Origin: Fimbriimonadaceae bacterium
GTDB lineage: Bacteria; Armatimonadota; Fimbriimonadia; Fimbriimonadales; Fimbriimonadaceae
Reading direction: 5' to 3'
Assembly (NCBI GenBank): GCA_020851885.1
Contig: JADZBW010000091.1
Location: 1 to 28,208, forward strand
DNA length: 28,208 bases
The translations under genes and the position numbers were made by a program. The notes under the pieces are model-generated. The model saw only the letters and a list, made by a program, of their open reading frames with translations, searched no databases and was not told the DNA's origin. This document shows, in pieces, positions 16,595 to 24,731 of the stretch (within the stretch, counting starts at the first letter, position 1; the number at the start of each line of letters is the position of its first letter).

Positions 16595-17912
16595 TGCGAA
16601 TCCAGCCAAGGTCGACAAAGAGACTCTCGATGGCTTTTTCAATGCCTTCGAAGTCTTCATCGTCGAATTGGGCTAAGAACAACTTTTGATAGTCTTCCTT
16701 TAACAGTTTAGCCAATTCAGTGCTCAGTTCGGCTTGGCCTGAGCGTTTTGCTATGAACTGGAAGTACGACCTCGCCCAAAGCTCTTCCCAGGTCTGCAAA
16801 TACTTTGCATGCTGGATCAGGTCCTCGCCTGGGATGATCGATTCTCCATCAACCTCCACAGTGCGGCCGCAAGCGATCGCATTAATGCGCCGAAGACTCT
16901 TGGATTTTTTGATCTCATCGCGCCAAGGCTTCAGCAGTCTGGATTTCGCCGATGAGAACTTCTTTGGAGTCCCGAACCCATAGAGATCGATCAGGTGCCC
17001 TAATTCATGGACCATCGTGCCCCTAGGTGAGCTGCCAAAGTGGTTTATCGCGATCTCAAGATTGGCCGTATCGATGTATCCACCAAGATCGGGCGTATTG
17101 ATGATCCCATGCACATAGACGACGGGGAGCGATCCGTCTATATGCACTGAGTCGATCGCCGCCACTGCATCATTGACCGCCGCGCTCATTGGATACGGAG
17201 TGTTGTTGTCGATTGCATCGCTCACTGGCGCCACATGATTACCAATTTGTGACCTAGTGGCAACGGAGCCCTCAGGCTTGAATGCGGTGAGGCGGTCGCT
17301 GCGCCTTCGCACATAGCAAAGGCAGTTTCCCAAACATTCGGTATCGCCACTGCCGGGATACGTGAACATCGTCGACTTCTCAAACGGGGAAAGCCTGGCG
17401 ATTCTTGGACAGTCTTCACAATGTCGCTCGTTTGCGCCAAGCACCCAGTCGAACTGTTCTGCATCGTCGCTTGCCGCTACAAACGCCTCAGCAGAAGTGC
17501 CTCGCATCTTGCCCAGGTAAAGATTGGCTCGGTTCATAATCGCGTCGGGCCTTAATCTCCCCGACTCGTCGACATACCGTGCATCTCCAGCCTTGATTGC
17601 TTCTAGGAAGCTGCGAAGGTATTCAGCGTCTCCATCCTTTGCGGCAAGGCCCATCAGCCGATCATCGTCGTTAAAGTCGCGAAGGTCGCCCGCCAGTTTC
17701 CTCCCAAGGTGCCATGCCCTGGAATGGCCGGCAAGAAGGATTGAGTCAAAGCGGTCTGCCCATTGGTCTGGGTTAAGCTGCCCGCCAGCGAATTGCTCGG
17801 TGATGTGCCTGAGCTCTCTTCTGCGCCGCCGAACCATCGCATCGAAGTCGGCTTGCGTTGGTCGTTTATCGCGATATTCTTCGCGAACCGCTTTCACATG
17901 CAGATCTGTCAA
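16587..17912 (-). CDS. MuF-like minor head protein fused to a C-terminal zincin metallopeptidase domain (441 aa)
   Basis: After the portal gene; Cys cluster W.LG..E.HCEDCP..PG...CLGNCLC, then HELGH and a downstream EELWARSY. Confidence 0.75.
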   Translation of the reverse strand: MTDLHVKAVREEYRDKRPTQADFDAMVRRRRRELRHITEQFAGGQLNPDQWADRFDSILLAGHSRAWHLGRKLAGDLRDFNDDDRLMGLAAKDGDAEYLRSFLEAIKAGDARYVDESGRLRPDAIMNRANLYLGKMRGTSAEAFVAASDDAEQFDWVLGANERHCEDCPRIARLSPFEKSTMFTYPGSGDTECLGNCLCYVRRRSDRLTAFKPEGSVATRSQIGNHVAPVSDAIDNNTPYPMSAAVNDAVAAIDSVHIDGSLPVVYVHGIINTPDLGGYIDTANLEIAINHFGSSPRGTMVHELGHLIDLYGFGTPKKFSSAKSRLLKPWRDEIKKSKSLRRINAIACGRTVEVDGESIIPGEDLIQHAKYLQTWEELWARSYFQFIAKRSGQAELSTELAKLLKEDYQKLFLAQFDDEDFEGIEKAIESLFVDLGWIRND

Positions 17913-19270
17913 TCTGAAAGCTCCTCTTGGATAGCCTCAAAGACTGCCCTGGAGTCTTTCATGCGCTGTTTGATGGCGCTCTTCGCCTTGCTCGAGTCTG
18001 CAATCTTGGCCGACTGATCGGCGCCGCCAACGGCGAGGTCGGTCTTGTACACATCGTCTGCTTTGGGATCTACTTTCAGTCCAAGCATGCGCCGGCCATC
18101 AGACCTCTTGATCAGCCCGCTTTCCCATAGCCCATTGACGCGCTCTGCTTTCTCTGTTTCGTCTTCTTCAAGTGCGGGAACTCCAGCCAGATCCCAACCA
18201 ACCTTCGTCTTTGCATCTGCCCCAAAGTCAGGGCGTAGCGTCTGGTGAGTTAGCTGTATGGCGAAAATGTTGATTGTTGGCAGGATCGTATTTTTGAACG
18301 CCGCCTCATTCGCCTCTTCGTAATTCGAATAGGTCTTTTGCTCGGACGGCAATCCGAGGATCATCGGATCGAATCCAATACCCGCACAGATGCGAGACAC
18401 GAATAATGCTCGGTTCTTGTCGAGCACTAGGTCGGCAGGCTTGTATCCGACATTAATTGCATCTACCGGGAAGGGCAAGAAGCTAGGCGTTCCAGCCATC
18501 TCGCCAGTTGTATTCTCTCGCCAGCGCTTCTTGACTTCGGCTACATCGTTCGGATCAGCTGTCGTGCTTCCCTCTTTGGGGCTAAACACGATGGCGCTTA
18601 GGCCCGCGTTCATCATGAGGGCCGTGCCCAGGACACCCGCCTCATTGTCGCCTACGATTTCACGCAGTGCGGCCATTAGTGGCGAAAGCCCTCGCATCTG
18701 ATTTTCCGGATCGATGCCATGGCGAAAGTGGACGATATCCCTTGGATCGATCGGCACAGGAGATCCGCCGACAGGTTGGTATTCGTAATACGTGATGAGT
18801 TTCGTGCCACCCGGGTTGTCAATATCCGCCTTGGGCCATATCTGCGTATGGGGAATGTAGACGTAGCCCACGACGATGCCCGCACCCGATCTCACCTTGT
18901 ACCAATAGGCATTGCCGTCGACTAGCCAACTGATTAGCGTCCCATACCAAAGAACCGTATGGTCGTAGAAAGGTCCATTCTCGACAGCCTCTGGGAACGA
19001 ATGCCCTTCAACTTCAACGTAAGTCGTGGCGCCAGATTCGTTCTTTGTCTTTGTGTCGACGATCAGCCTAGGATAAAGGGCATTCCGCCAAAAGAAACCA
19101 TGCGCGGGCAGTACGACGCTGTTATCGTAAATCCTTCCAGCCTCGCGCCGGTAATCGAGCCTGCCGTTCTTGAAAAGCCAGCTCGTCCAGCCGTAGGTAC
19201 CCGCCAGAGATGAGGCGTAAAACCGAAACCCCTTGATGGCCGCGGCGATTCTCGTTGTCAGTGTTGCCAT
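17909..19270 (-). CDS. Portal protein, HK97 family (453 aa)
   Basis: DGNAYW, DIVHFR, GLSPL, TYSNYEEA motifs; follows terL. Confidence 0.93.
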   Translation of the reverse strand: MATLTTRIAAAIKGFRFYASSLAGTYGWTSWLFKNGRLDYRREAGRIYDNSVVLPAHGFFWRNALYPRLIVDTKTKNESGATTYVEVEGHSFPEAVENGPFYDHTVLWYGTLISWLVDGNAYWYKVRSGAGIVVGYVYIPHTQIWPKADIDNPGGTKLITYYEYQPVGGSPVPIDPRDIVHFRHGIDPENQMRGLSPLMAALREIVGDNEAGVLGTALMMNAGLSAIVFSPKEGSTTADPNDVAEVKKRWRENTTGEMAGTPSFLPFPVDAINVGYKPADLVLDKNRALFVSRICAGIGFDPMILGLPSEQKTYSNYEEANEAAFKNTILPTINIFAIQLTHQTLRPDFGADAKTKVGWDLAGVPALEEDETEKAERVNGLWESGLIKRSDGRRMLGLKVDPKADDVYKTDLAVGGADQSAKIADSSKAKSAIKQRMKDSRAVFEAIQEELSD

Positions 19271-19275
19271 CTTTG

Positions 19276-20868
19276 TTAAAGGATCGCCCAGCGTTGAATC
19301 TTCGGAGTGAAGAGGCTGTAAACGAACGCGTCTGCAAGGTCGGGTGATTTAATGCCCCGCTTTGCCATGTCTTGCTTTGATTCGATCTTGATCTTCCCTG
19401 TCTGAGTAGTGAGTGCTAGTGGTAGCGAAAGCTGCGTGATCAGCTCCGTCTCCCCTCGTGGAATGCTGATCAGCTCATCGAGCGGATGCTCATGCCCGCC
19501 TTCCTTGCCGTTTAGCCAAAGTGAGTACTCGTAGGTCTTCTCAAACCTGGTTCGAGCAAGCCACCAAAGCTCTGCCCTCAAGTTGAGGAACCGCTCCTGC
19601 GACGTCCTTCCGTCTGGCCACTTGGTTTCTGTGGGCGATTCTCCGGAGAGGATCGCTACCGGCTGGAACGGCAGTGACTCCATGAGCTCGAACGTCGAGC
19701 GAACGCCCGAGCCAACTCCGATCGCGTCGTAGCAGAAGATCGCGGCTCCGCAATCTCGGCAAGCCTGAGCAAAGTTGTGAGCGGTGATGGTTGTGTTCGC
19801 TTCCGGCCATTGCTTGACCTCGGTTACGACTGGGCCTGCCCTTGCGACGAAGGTGCTCTTGTTCTTGCCGCCTGCTGCCACGTCTCCACCGGCTACGATT
19901 CGCTCGCTTCTAGGCAGATCCAGATCGATCGCCGCCCGCACGTACTTGGCCGGGATGCAGATGCCATCCACGGAGGCCGTGTAATCGATATCGATCTCTT
20001 GAGCGACGATCACCGGATCCAGGCGTGCGCAGCGGTCTTGATACCAAGCGTCGTCTTTTCTGGGATCGTCACGCCAATGGAAGGTGAAGACAGGAAAGGC
20101 GCCACTGTGACGCTGCACGGCGAAGGTGTTGCCCTGGCCGTTTGGCGTCGAGAGTTTGATCTTTACGTCGCAGTTCTCGGATAAGGCCGCATCCACCCGC
20201 TCTGGGCGTTCGATAAAAGCCGCCTCATCCAAGATGTACAGACCATTGCGTCCACCACGGCCGATATTGTCTCCAGCCTCACCCGTGATGGCTGAACCAT
20301 TCGCGGGGTTGATGAACTTCATGTGCCCGCAATGCTTCTTCTCGTCGAAGCCCGCAGGGAGCATCCATTCAGGGAGCTTGCGAAGGATCATCCGACCCTT
20401 CTCTAAAATGCAGTCTGGATCGCCAAGGCGATCTACCAAGTCCTCTTTGCGCGAACCGACCGCGCCCTTGAAGCCATCTTCAAAGAGCCAATCATGCACG
20501 AGCACGGCAATGACGAGCCACGTCATGCCAACCTCTCGTGACTTCTCGATGATGCCGTCTTCTTTGGCTAACTGCCGATCGCGTATCCACCCGACGCATT
20601 CCCTTTGCTTCGGGAAGAGCTTGAAGCGGATCCATCGATCGCCTGATAGCAGCTTCGGGTTGTACGTCCAAACGTAAGTATCGATCCAGTAGGCGGTGTC
20701 TCTTGCGCATCTCAGCCACTCGTCTTTGTGGGGGCCGATCTTGTCGGCTATGAGATGGGCGGTAGCGAGTCCCTCTTCGGGCTCCAGGAACGAAACAGTG
20801 TCGACGGACTCTAAATCTGCGAACGCGCTCAGGACCGGCCACTCCGCCTGGCGATAGGAATGTCCCAT
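19276..20868 (-). CDS. terL: Terminase large subunit (530 aa)
   Basis: Walker A IEKSREVGMT, Walker B YILDEAA, coupling motif STPNG, nuclease GGDVA / YDAIGVG / SPDLADA. Confidence 0.95.
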   Translation of the reverse strand: MGHSYRQAEWPVLSAFADLESVDTVSFLEPEEGLATAHLIADKIGPHKDEWLRCARDTAYWIDTYVWTYNPKLLSGDRWIRFKLFPKQRECVGWIRDRQLAKEDGIIEKSREVGMTWLVIAVLVHDWLFEDGFKGAVGSRKEDLVDRLGDPDCILEKGRMILRKLPEWMLPAGFDEKKHCGHMKFINPANGSAITGEAGDNIGRGGRNGLYILDEAAFIERPERVDAALSENCDVKIKLSTPNGQGNTFAVQRHSGAFPVFTFHWRDDPRKDDAWYQDRCARLDPVIVAQEIDIDYTASVDGICIPAKYVRAAIDLDLPRSERIVAGGDVAAGGKNKSTFVARAGPVVTEVKQWPEANTTITAHNFAQACRDCGAAIFCYDAIGVGSGVRSTFELMESLPFQPVAILSGESPTETKWPDGRTSQERFLNLRAELWWLARTRFEKTYEYSLWLNGKEGGHEHPLDELISIPRGETELITQLSLPLALTTQTGKIKIESKQDMAKRGIKSPDLADAFVYSLFTPKIQRWAIL

Positions 20869-21344
20869 CAGATGTCCATCTGCGGCTGCTGGATCTGGCC
20901 CTTGCGCAACGCCTTGGCCTTCTCGATCGCTTCAAACAGGCGAACCGCTTTGTCCATGCCGACACCGTAGAGGATCGCTAGATCGCCTGCCGTTTGCTTG
21001 CTGAGCCACTTCTTGTCCATGTGGTGCTCTTGTTGAACGATCAGGGAGCGCAGCTGCCCGTCGATGAGCTTATCGAGGAGCCTCTCACGCGACTCTTTTA
21101 ACGTATGTACAACCGTATGCTCCGTATGCATACGATTTGGCATACGGTCTTCTATTTGAACCTGTTTTGCAGGCTCAGCCGTATGCATACGGTTTTGCGA
21201 GCCGTCTTCCTTGAGCTTGTCGTGCCAGCGTTGAACCGTGGCCTTGGATAGCCTTAGTTCTTTGGCTACCGCGCCGATCGAGGAACCGGAAAGAAGCAGC
21301 GCGATTCCGCGGGCCTTGGTGTTAGGGTCGATCTCCTTTGCCAC
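20868..21344 (-). CDS. terS: Terminase small subunit (158 aa, N-terminal HTH)
   Basis: SIGAVAKELRLSKATVQRW HTH; stop overlaps the terL start. Confidence 0.75.
   Translation of the reverse strand: MAKEIDPNTKARGIALLLSGSSIGAVAKELRLSKATVQRWHDKLKEDGSQNRMHTAEPAKQVQIEDRMPNRMHTEHTVVHTLKESRERLLDKLIDGQLRSLIVQQEHHMDKKWLSKQTAGDLAILYGVGMDKAVRLFEAIEKAKALRKGQIQQPQMDI
21102..21192. repeat. Cluster of CGTATG/CATACG half-sites inside terS (candidate pac site)
   Basis: Seven half-sites in ~90 bp, including palindromes CGTATGCATACG (21123-21134) and CCGTATGCATACGG (21179-21192). Confidence 0.5.
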
Positions 21345-21347
21345 AGG

Positions 21348-21752
21348 CTAACCGCCCGCGCATCCGCCATTCACCGCAAAGACGGTCAGTTCGAATCCTT
21401 CCACCTGACGCCATCCGGAATCACGGAAACGCCTAGCCAGCTTGACGACGTTCGTGACGTACTCGTCCTCGAACTTCTCGATCTTGGCCGGATCTATGTT
21501 CGGCTCCCAGGTGACCTTGCGGGGATTGTCGATCGCGTATTCGGCTGATACGATGAGGCCGGTCTCGGCATCATGCGGCTGCACCTTGTCCCAGTTGGCT
21601 TTTGCTTTGGCGATTAGTCGTTCTCGTTGGCTCATAAACCTACCCTTAGCCTCTTCGGCTCGCATGCGCTCATCCATCTTCTTGGAGCGGATCATCTCGA
21701 AGATCAGGATCGACATCACAACTGCAATGCCGATCCAGGTCGCGGCGTCCAT
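21348..21752 (-). CDS. Hypothetical protein with N-terminal TM helix (134 aa)
   Basis: WIGIAVVMSILIF hydrophobic segment; translationally coupled to the upstream gene. Confidence 0.6.
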   Translation of the reverse strand: MDAATWIGIAVVMSILIFEMIRSKKMDERMRAEEAKGRFMSQRERLIAKAKANWDKVQPHDAETGLIVSAEYAIDNPRKVTWEPNIDPAKIEKFEDEYVTNVVKLARRFRDSGWRQVEGFELTVFAVNGGCAGG

Positions 21753-22105
21753 CAGAACCGATATGTCAGGCCAAGCAAGAGCCCGGCGCCGGTTGGCTTG
21801 TTCTGGGTCGCAGAGATTGCGATGCCAAACTTGAAGTCTGCGTTCCTTGCTACTGGGAACGTCTTACCGATGGCTATACCGCCTGTTATGTTGGACTGTA
21901 GGTCTGCACCTGCAAAGCCATCTACCTCTAGGGAGAATTTGAGGCCTAAAGGACGCTCGATGGTTCCGATGTTTCGCAGGACCACTGCCGAACTAGTGTG
22001 CGTGCGGAAGTCCCATACAGCGGCAAGGCTCCATTCGCGGATCTCCTGGGCACTTGAAATGCACGTCATGGCGAGAAGGGAAAGCAGTAAGAGGAATCGT
22101 TTCAT
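21752..22105 (-). CDS. Secreted small outer-membrane beta-barrel-like protein (117 aa)
   Basis: AGGAG SD, signal peptide MKRFLLLLSLLAMTCISSA, amphipathic strands, C-terminal GLTYRF beta-signal. Confidence 0.65.
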   Translation of the reverse strand: MKRFLLLLSLLAMTCISSAQEIREWSLAAVWDFRTHTSSAVVLRNIGTIERPLGLKFSLEVDGFAGADLQSNITGGIAIGKTFPVARNADFKFGIAISATQNKPTGAGLLLGLTYRF

Positions 22106-22290
22106 AGTTGAACTCCTGATTGGCTGACGCCCAGAGCGGCGAGTAGCCCGGTTGCGGTGCCAGCGATCCACCTACGGGATGCCAGCGACCAATTGAATTT
22201 GCGGCGTGACTTCGACCACTTTTGCAGGTCGATCACGAATGCGGTTGCGAAGCCGGTAGCGGCTCCGATCAAAGCGGTGTTTAGATTCAC
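22102..22290 (-). CDS. Putative holin (62 aa, 2 TM segments)
   Basis: Two hydrophobic G/A-rich segments separated by a basic loop; located in the lysis cassette. Confidence 0.55.
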   Translation of the reverse strand: MNLNTALIGAATGFATAFVIDLQKWSKSRRKFNWSLASRRWIAGTATGLLAALGVSQSGVQL

Positions 22291-22565
22291 TTGCGACCTA
22301 CCGCCTGCTGAATCTGCTTGATGCCTTCCTCGACACGAATAACGGCTTCATGCGTGGCCTGGAACTTAGTGATCGCTTCTTTCATGATTGCCTCGTTCCG
22401 GGCCGTGGACTCGGCTTGGGCGCGATCCTCGCGAGCAAGGGCGGCTAGTCTCATCTCGACTCGCACTCCCCACATGACGGCGGCAATGATGTAGCCGATG
22501 ATGAGCCTGAGAGCCCAAATGACCTCAGAGTCTGGGATGACGAGTTGAGCAAAGAGGCTGAGCAT
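22287..22565 (-). CDS. Holin-like membrane protein (92 aa, 1 TM + coiled coil)
   Basis: IWALRLIIGYIIAAVMWGV then a heptad-like helix; directly after the endolysin. Confidence 0.55.
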   Translation of the reverse strand: MLSLFAQLVIPDSEVIWALRLIIGYIIAAVMWGVRVEMRLAALAREDRAQAESTARNEAIMKEAITKFQATHEAVIRVEEGIKQIQQAVGRK

Positions 22566-22600
22566 TGTTTCATGTGGCACCCTTGGTGCAAAACGAGGAT

Positions 22601-23065
22601 CTAGGGGAAACTCAAAACAAAAACGCGGCACTTGCGTTGGTAACCTTTTCCAGACCAAGGCCTGGAGCCTGGGCCATGGCCGCCGTACGACTCGTAGGTT
22701 CGTCCATTCAAGATGAAGCCCACATGGCGCCCAACGCCTTTGCCTGGCTGCTGGGGAAGCACGAACATCCGCAGGATGCCGTCCTTGAGCTTCCCGGCCT
22801 CTACCGTGGATTCCTTAAAGTGGTTTTCGATCAGCCACTCGAGCTGCTTTGCCGAGCCGTCCGGAATAACCTCGCCGCATGCCTTGCTCACGATAAGCCT
22901 CGTGTAACCAGAGCAATCGATCTCCTTCACGTCGGCGAGCTGCACTCCCAAGAAGGGGGCTTTAGCGCCGAGTAGGTACTTGCAGTCCTTCATCTTGCCA
23001 GTCAGAACTGGAATGTCCTGAGGCTCGATCGGAAGCGTTTCGTATGGTAATTCTTTGTTCGGCAT
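22601..23065 (-). CDS. NlpC/P60-family peptidase, probable endolysin (154 aa)
   Basis: Y.LG.K, IDCSGY catalytic Cys, RHVGF His, downstream ES; next to holin-like genes. Confidence 0.8.
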   Translation of the reverse strand: MPNKELPYETLPIEPQDIPVLTGKMKDCKYLLGAKAPFLGVQLADVKEIDCSGYTRLIVSKACGEVIPDGSAKQLEWLIENHFKESTVEAGKLKDGILRMFVLPQQPGKGVGRHVGFILNGRTYESYGGHGPGSRPWSGKGYQRKCRVFVLSFP

Positions 23066-23069
23066 GGCG

Positions 23070-23330
23070 TTAGTTCGTTGGGTCGATCCCGATGGCTTTG
23101 CACCGTTCGATGAACCGAATTGCTCGGGTGAGATGGTGATGGCCTTTCGGCCCCTTGTTCGACGCGATCTTGTCGACGCCGAAGGCATACGCTGCGTAGA
23201 CCGAACCTAATAACCCGCCGATGAAGACACACGGGTCGTACTGACGGCAATCCATTTGGTAGGCAATCGACAACTCCATCCACTTGGCTTGCGCTCGCTT
23301 CTTACGATTCAGCCGTTTGATGAACTTCAT
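23070..23330 (-). CDS. Hypothetical protein (86 aa)
   Basis: ORF between the terminator and the endolysin, same strand, tight spacing. Confidence 0.5.
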   Translation of the reverse strand: MKFIKRLNRKKRAQAKWMELSIAYQMDCRQYDPCVFIGGLLGSVYAAYAFGVDKIASNKGPKGHHHLTRAIRFIERCKAIGIDPTN

Positions 23331-23335
23331 GGCGT

Positions 23336-23369
23336 AAAAAGAACCCGGCAGGTGTCTGACTACCGGGTT
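23336..23369 (-). terminator. Intrinsic terminator upstream of the lysis/late genes
   Basis: Minus strand AACCCGGTAG-loop-CTGCCGGGTT-CTTTTT. Confidence 0.7.
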
Positions 23370-23389
23370 GAGAGGTTTCTTATGCGACT

Positions 23390-23900
23390 TCCCTAGCTCG
23401 TTGGCTAAGATGTTTGCCCGTTTGGACTAGCGGGATGTGGCACGCATCCACGGACAGGTAGGTGGCCTTCGAGTTTCTTCCAAGATGTATGGCGGGTCAT
23501 GGCAAGGTTGCTCGTCGAAGCAGAGCCTCGCTCTCCGCCAAAGTGTAAGGGAACGGAGGTGGTACGTATGCCATCCGCCGATGCTTCGAATCATCGAATC
23601 GCCAAAGGCTCGGGCCACGGTTAGACTCTTTCAGGGGAGCCGTTACGGACTTCCTAGTGGTCGATTTCCCTACAATGTTGCCGCATGTTTTTCCGTTCGT
23701 CCGTCCAAGATTGGATGTGCGTGGCGGGACCGGAATGGCGGCTAACTCGGTTGGCATTGACGCGGCTACTGATTCATGCAGGTGGCGCAGCTCATCACTT
23801 CTACGCTCTTGGGCCAAATGGCTCGACTACCCCGGCACCAGGATCTCCCCGGGCCAACACAACACCGCGCCAATTCGTGAAAATGAACCTATCGTCAATG
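23390..23900. ncRNA. Candidate large structured non-coding RNA
   Basis: No credible ORF. Nested long-range helices 23441-23455/23699-23723, 23544-23553/23666-23674, 23755-23762/23893-23900, plus several local hairpins. Confidence 0.4.
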
Positions 23901-23901
23901 G

Positions 23902-23934
23902 AAAAGCCCACGGCGAAGGAGGCGCCATGGGCTT
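23902..23934 (-). terminator. 12-bp hairpin with short U-run shortly after the putative late promoter (tR'-like)
   Basis: Minus strand AAGCCCATGGCG-loop-CGCCGTGGGCTT-TTC. Confidence 0.5.
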
Positions 23935-23981
23935 CGGTTGGATGCTTCAGGCAGGGTCAAGGCCGCCGCCTGTGCAAAATC

Positions 23982-24009
23982 ACTATACCACTGTCTGTTT
24001 AAAATGCAA
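23982..24009 (-). promoter_or_regulatory. Putative sigma70-type late promoter (pR'-like)
   Basis: TTGCAT, 16 nt spacer, TATAGT with an extended TG; AT-rich upstream tract; lies at the early/late boundary. Confidence 0.55.
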
Positions 24010-24016
24010 AGGATTT

Positions 24017-24334
24017 CTACATTTTTTCAGAATTTGATTTCCCCTTCAATCGCCCGATCTCCACGGCCTGAGTCTTGATTGCATTTAGCGCATCAGCAAG
24101 TGCGGTATCGGATGGTAGTGGTAATTCCCCTGTCTTCTTGTTGCGTGTCGCTTCTCTCTCAATGGCCTCGCGTTTCATTGCAGGCTGTGGCTCCCCTCGT
24201 CGCCATGCCGCCGAGTGAGTAGCGCAAACTCGCCAATAGCCCGTTTCGCGCCAGCATCCACCACCGTTGCAGTTCTCGTTGTCGCAGCTTTCGACGTCGC
24301 ACACACCCCAGTACGGATAACGCTCATCTCTCAT
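24017..24334 (-). CDS. Cys-rich hypothetical protein (105 aa)
   Basis: CDVESC..C....C..VCATH possible Zn-binding motif. Confidence 0.6.
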   Translation of the reverse strand: MRDERYPYWGVCDVESCDNENCNGGGCWRETGYWRVCATHSAAWRRGEPQPAMKREAIEREATRNKKTGELPLPSDTALADALNAIKTQAVEIGRLKGKSNSEKM

Positions 24335-24344
24335 CGTTGACTCA

Positions 24345-24731
24345 CTATGTCTCCAGGTAGGCCGTCTCGATGACAACCATGTATCCCAAGTCCTTGACAC
24401 CAACGATCCCAGTGCCGAAACATTCACCCGAAGTCGATACCCAAATTGGCCTATCTCTGTGGACCGTGTAACTTCCAGATTTCCAGGACTGAACGTCTTT
24501 GCCGATCATGCCTTCCAGATAATCGACGAATTCCGCAACTGGTCTCCCGGGGAAATCATACGGGCCGTGGTCTATGTCGCAGTGATCGTAATAGCCACGG
24601 TAACTGCCTAGCGTCGTAGGGCAATAGCCCATAAAGTCGAAGTGGACGCACTTGTCTGGCCTTTCCATTTCGATTGTTCCTTTCAGCGCGTCGATCAACT
24701 CGCCTAGTGTTAAGTTCCCAAAAATAGTCAT
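24345..24731 (-). CDS. Hypothetical protein (128 aa)
   Basis: ATGA-coupled start; LTLGELIDALK and SYRGYY motifs typical of phage accessory proteins. Confidence 0.7.
   Translation of the reverse strand: MTIFGNLTLGELIDALKGTIEMERPDKCVHFDFMGYCPTTLGSYRGYYDHCDIDHGPYDFPGRPVAEFVDYLEGMIGKDVQSWKSGSYTVHRDRPIWVSTSGECFGTGIVGVKDLGYMVVIETAYLET

Noticed and set aside
23336..23660. RNase P-like words (AGAACCCGGC on +, AGGAAGTCCG on -)
   Set aside because: They lie on opposite strands and are incomplete; the first is part of a terminator stem.
23672..23703. ACAATGTTG and TCGTCCG match parts of the concatenated NN string of the array
   Set aside because: Matches of 7-9 nt with non-matching spacing are expected by chance in a window of this size.
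23427..24037. Several 63-126 aa ORFs on both strands in the early/late intergenic region
   Set aside because: No SD, no coupling to neighbours, no recognisable motifs; some span the promoter/terminator elements.
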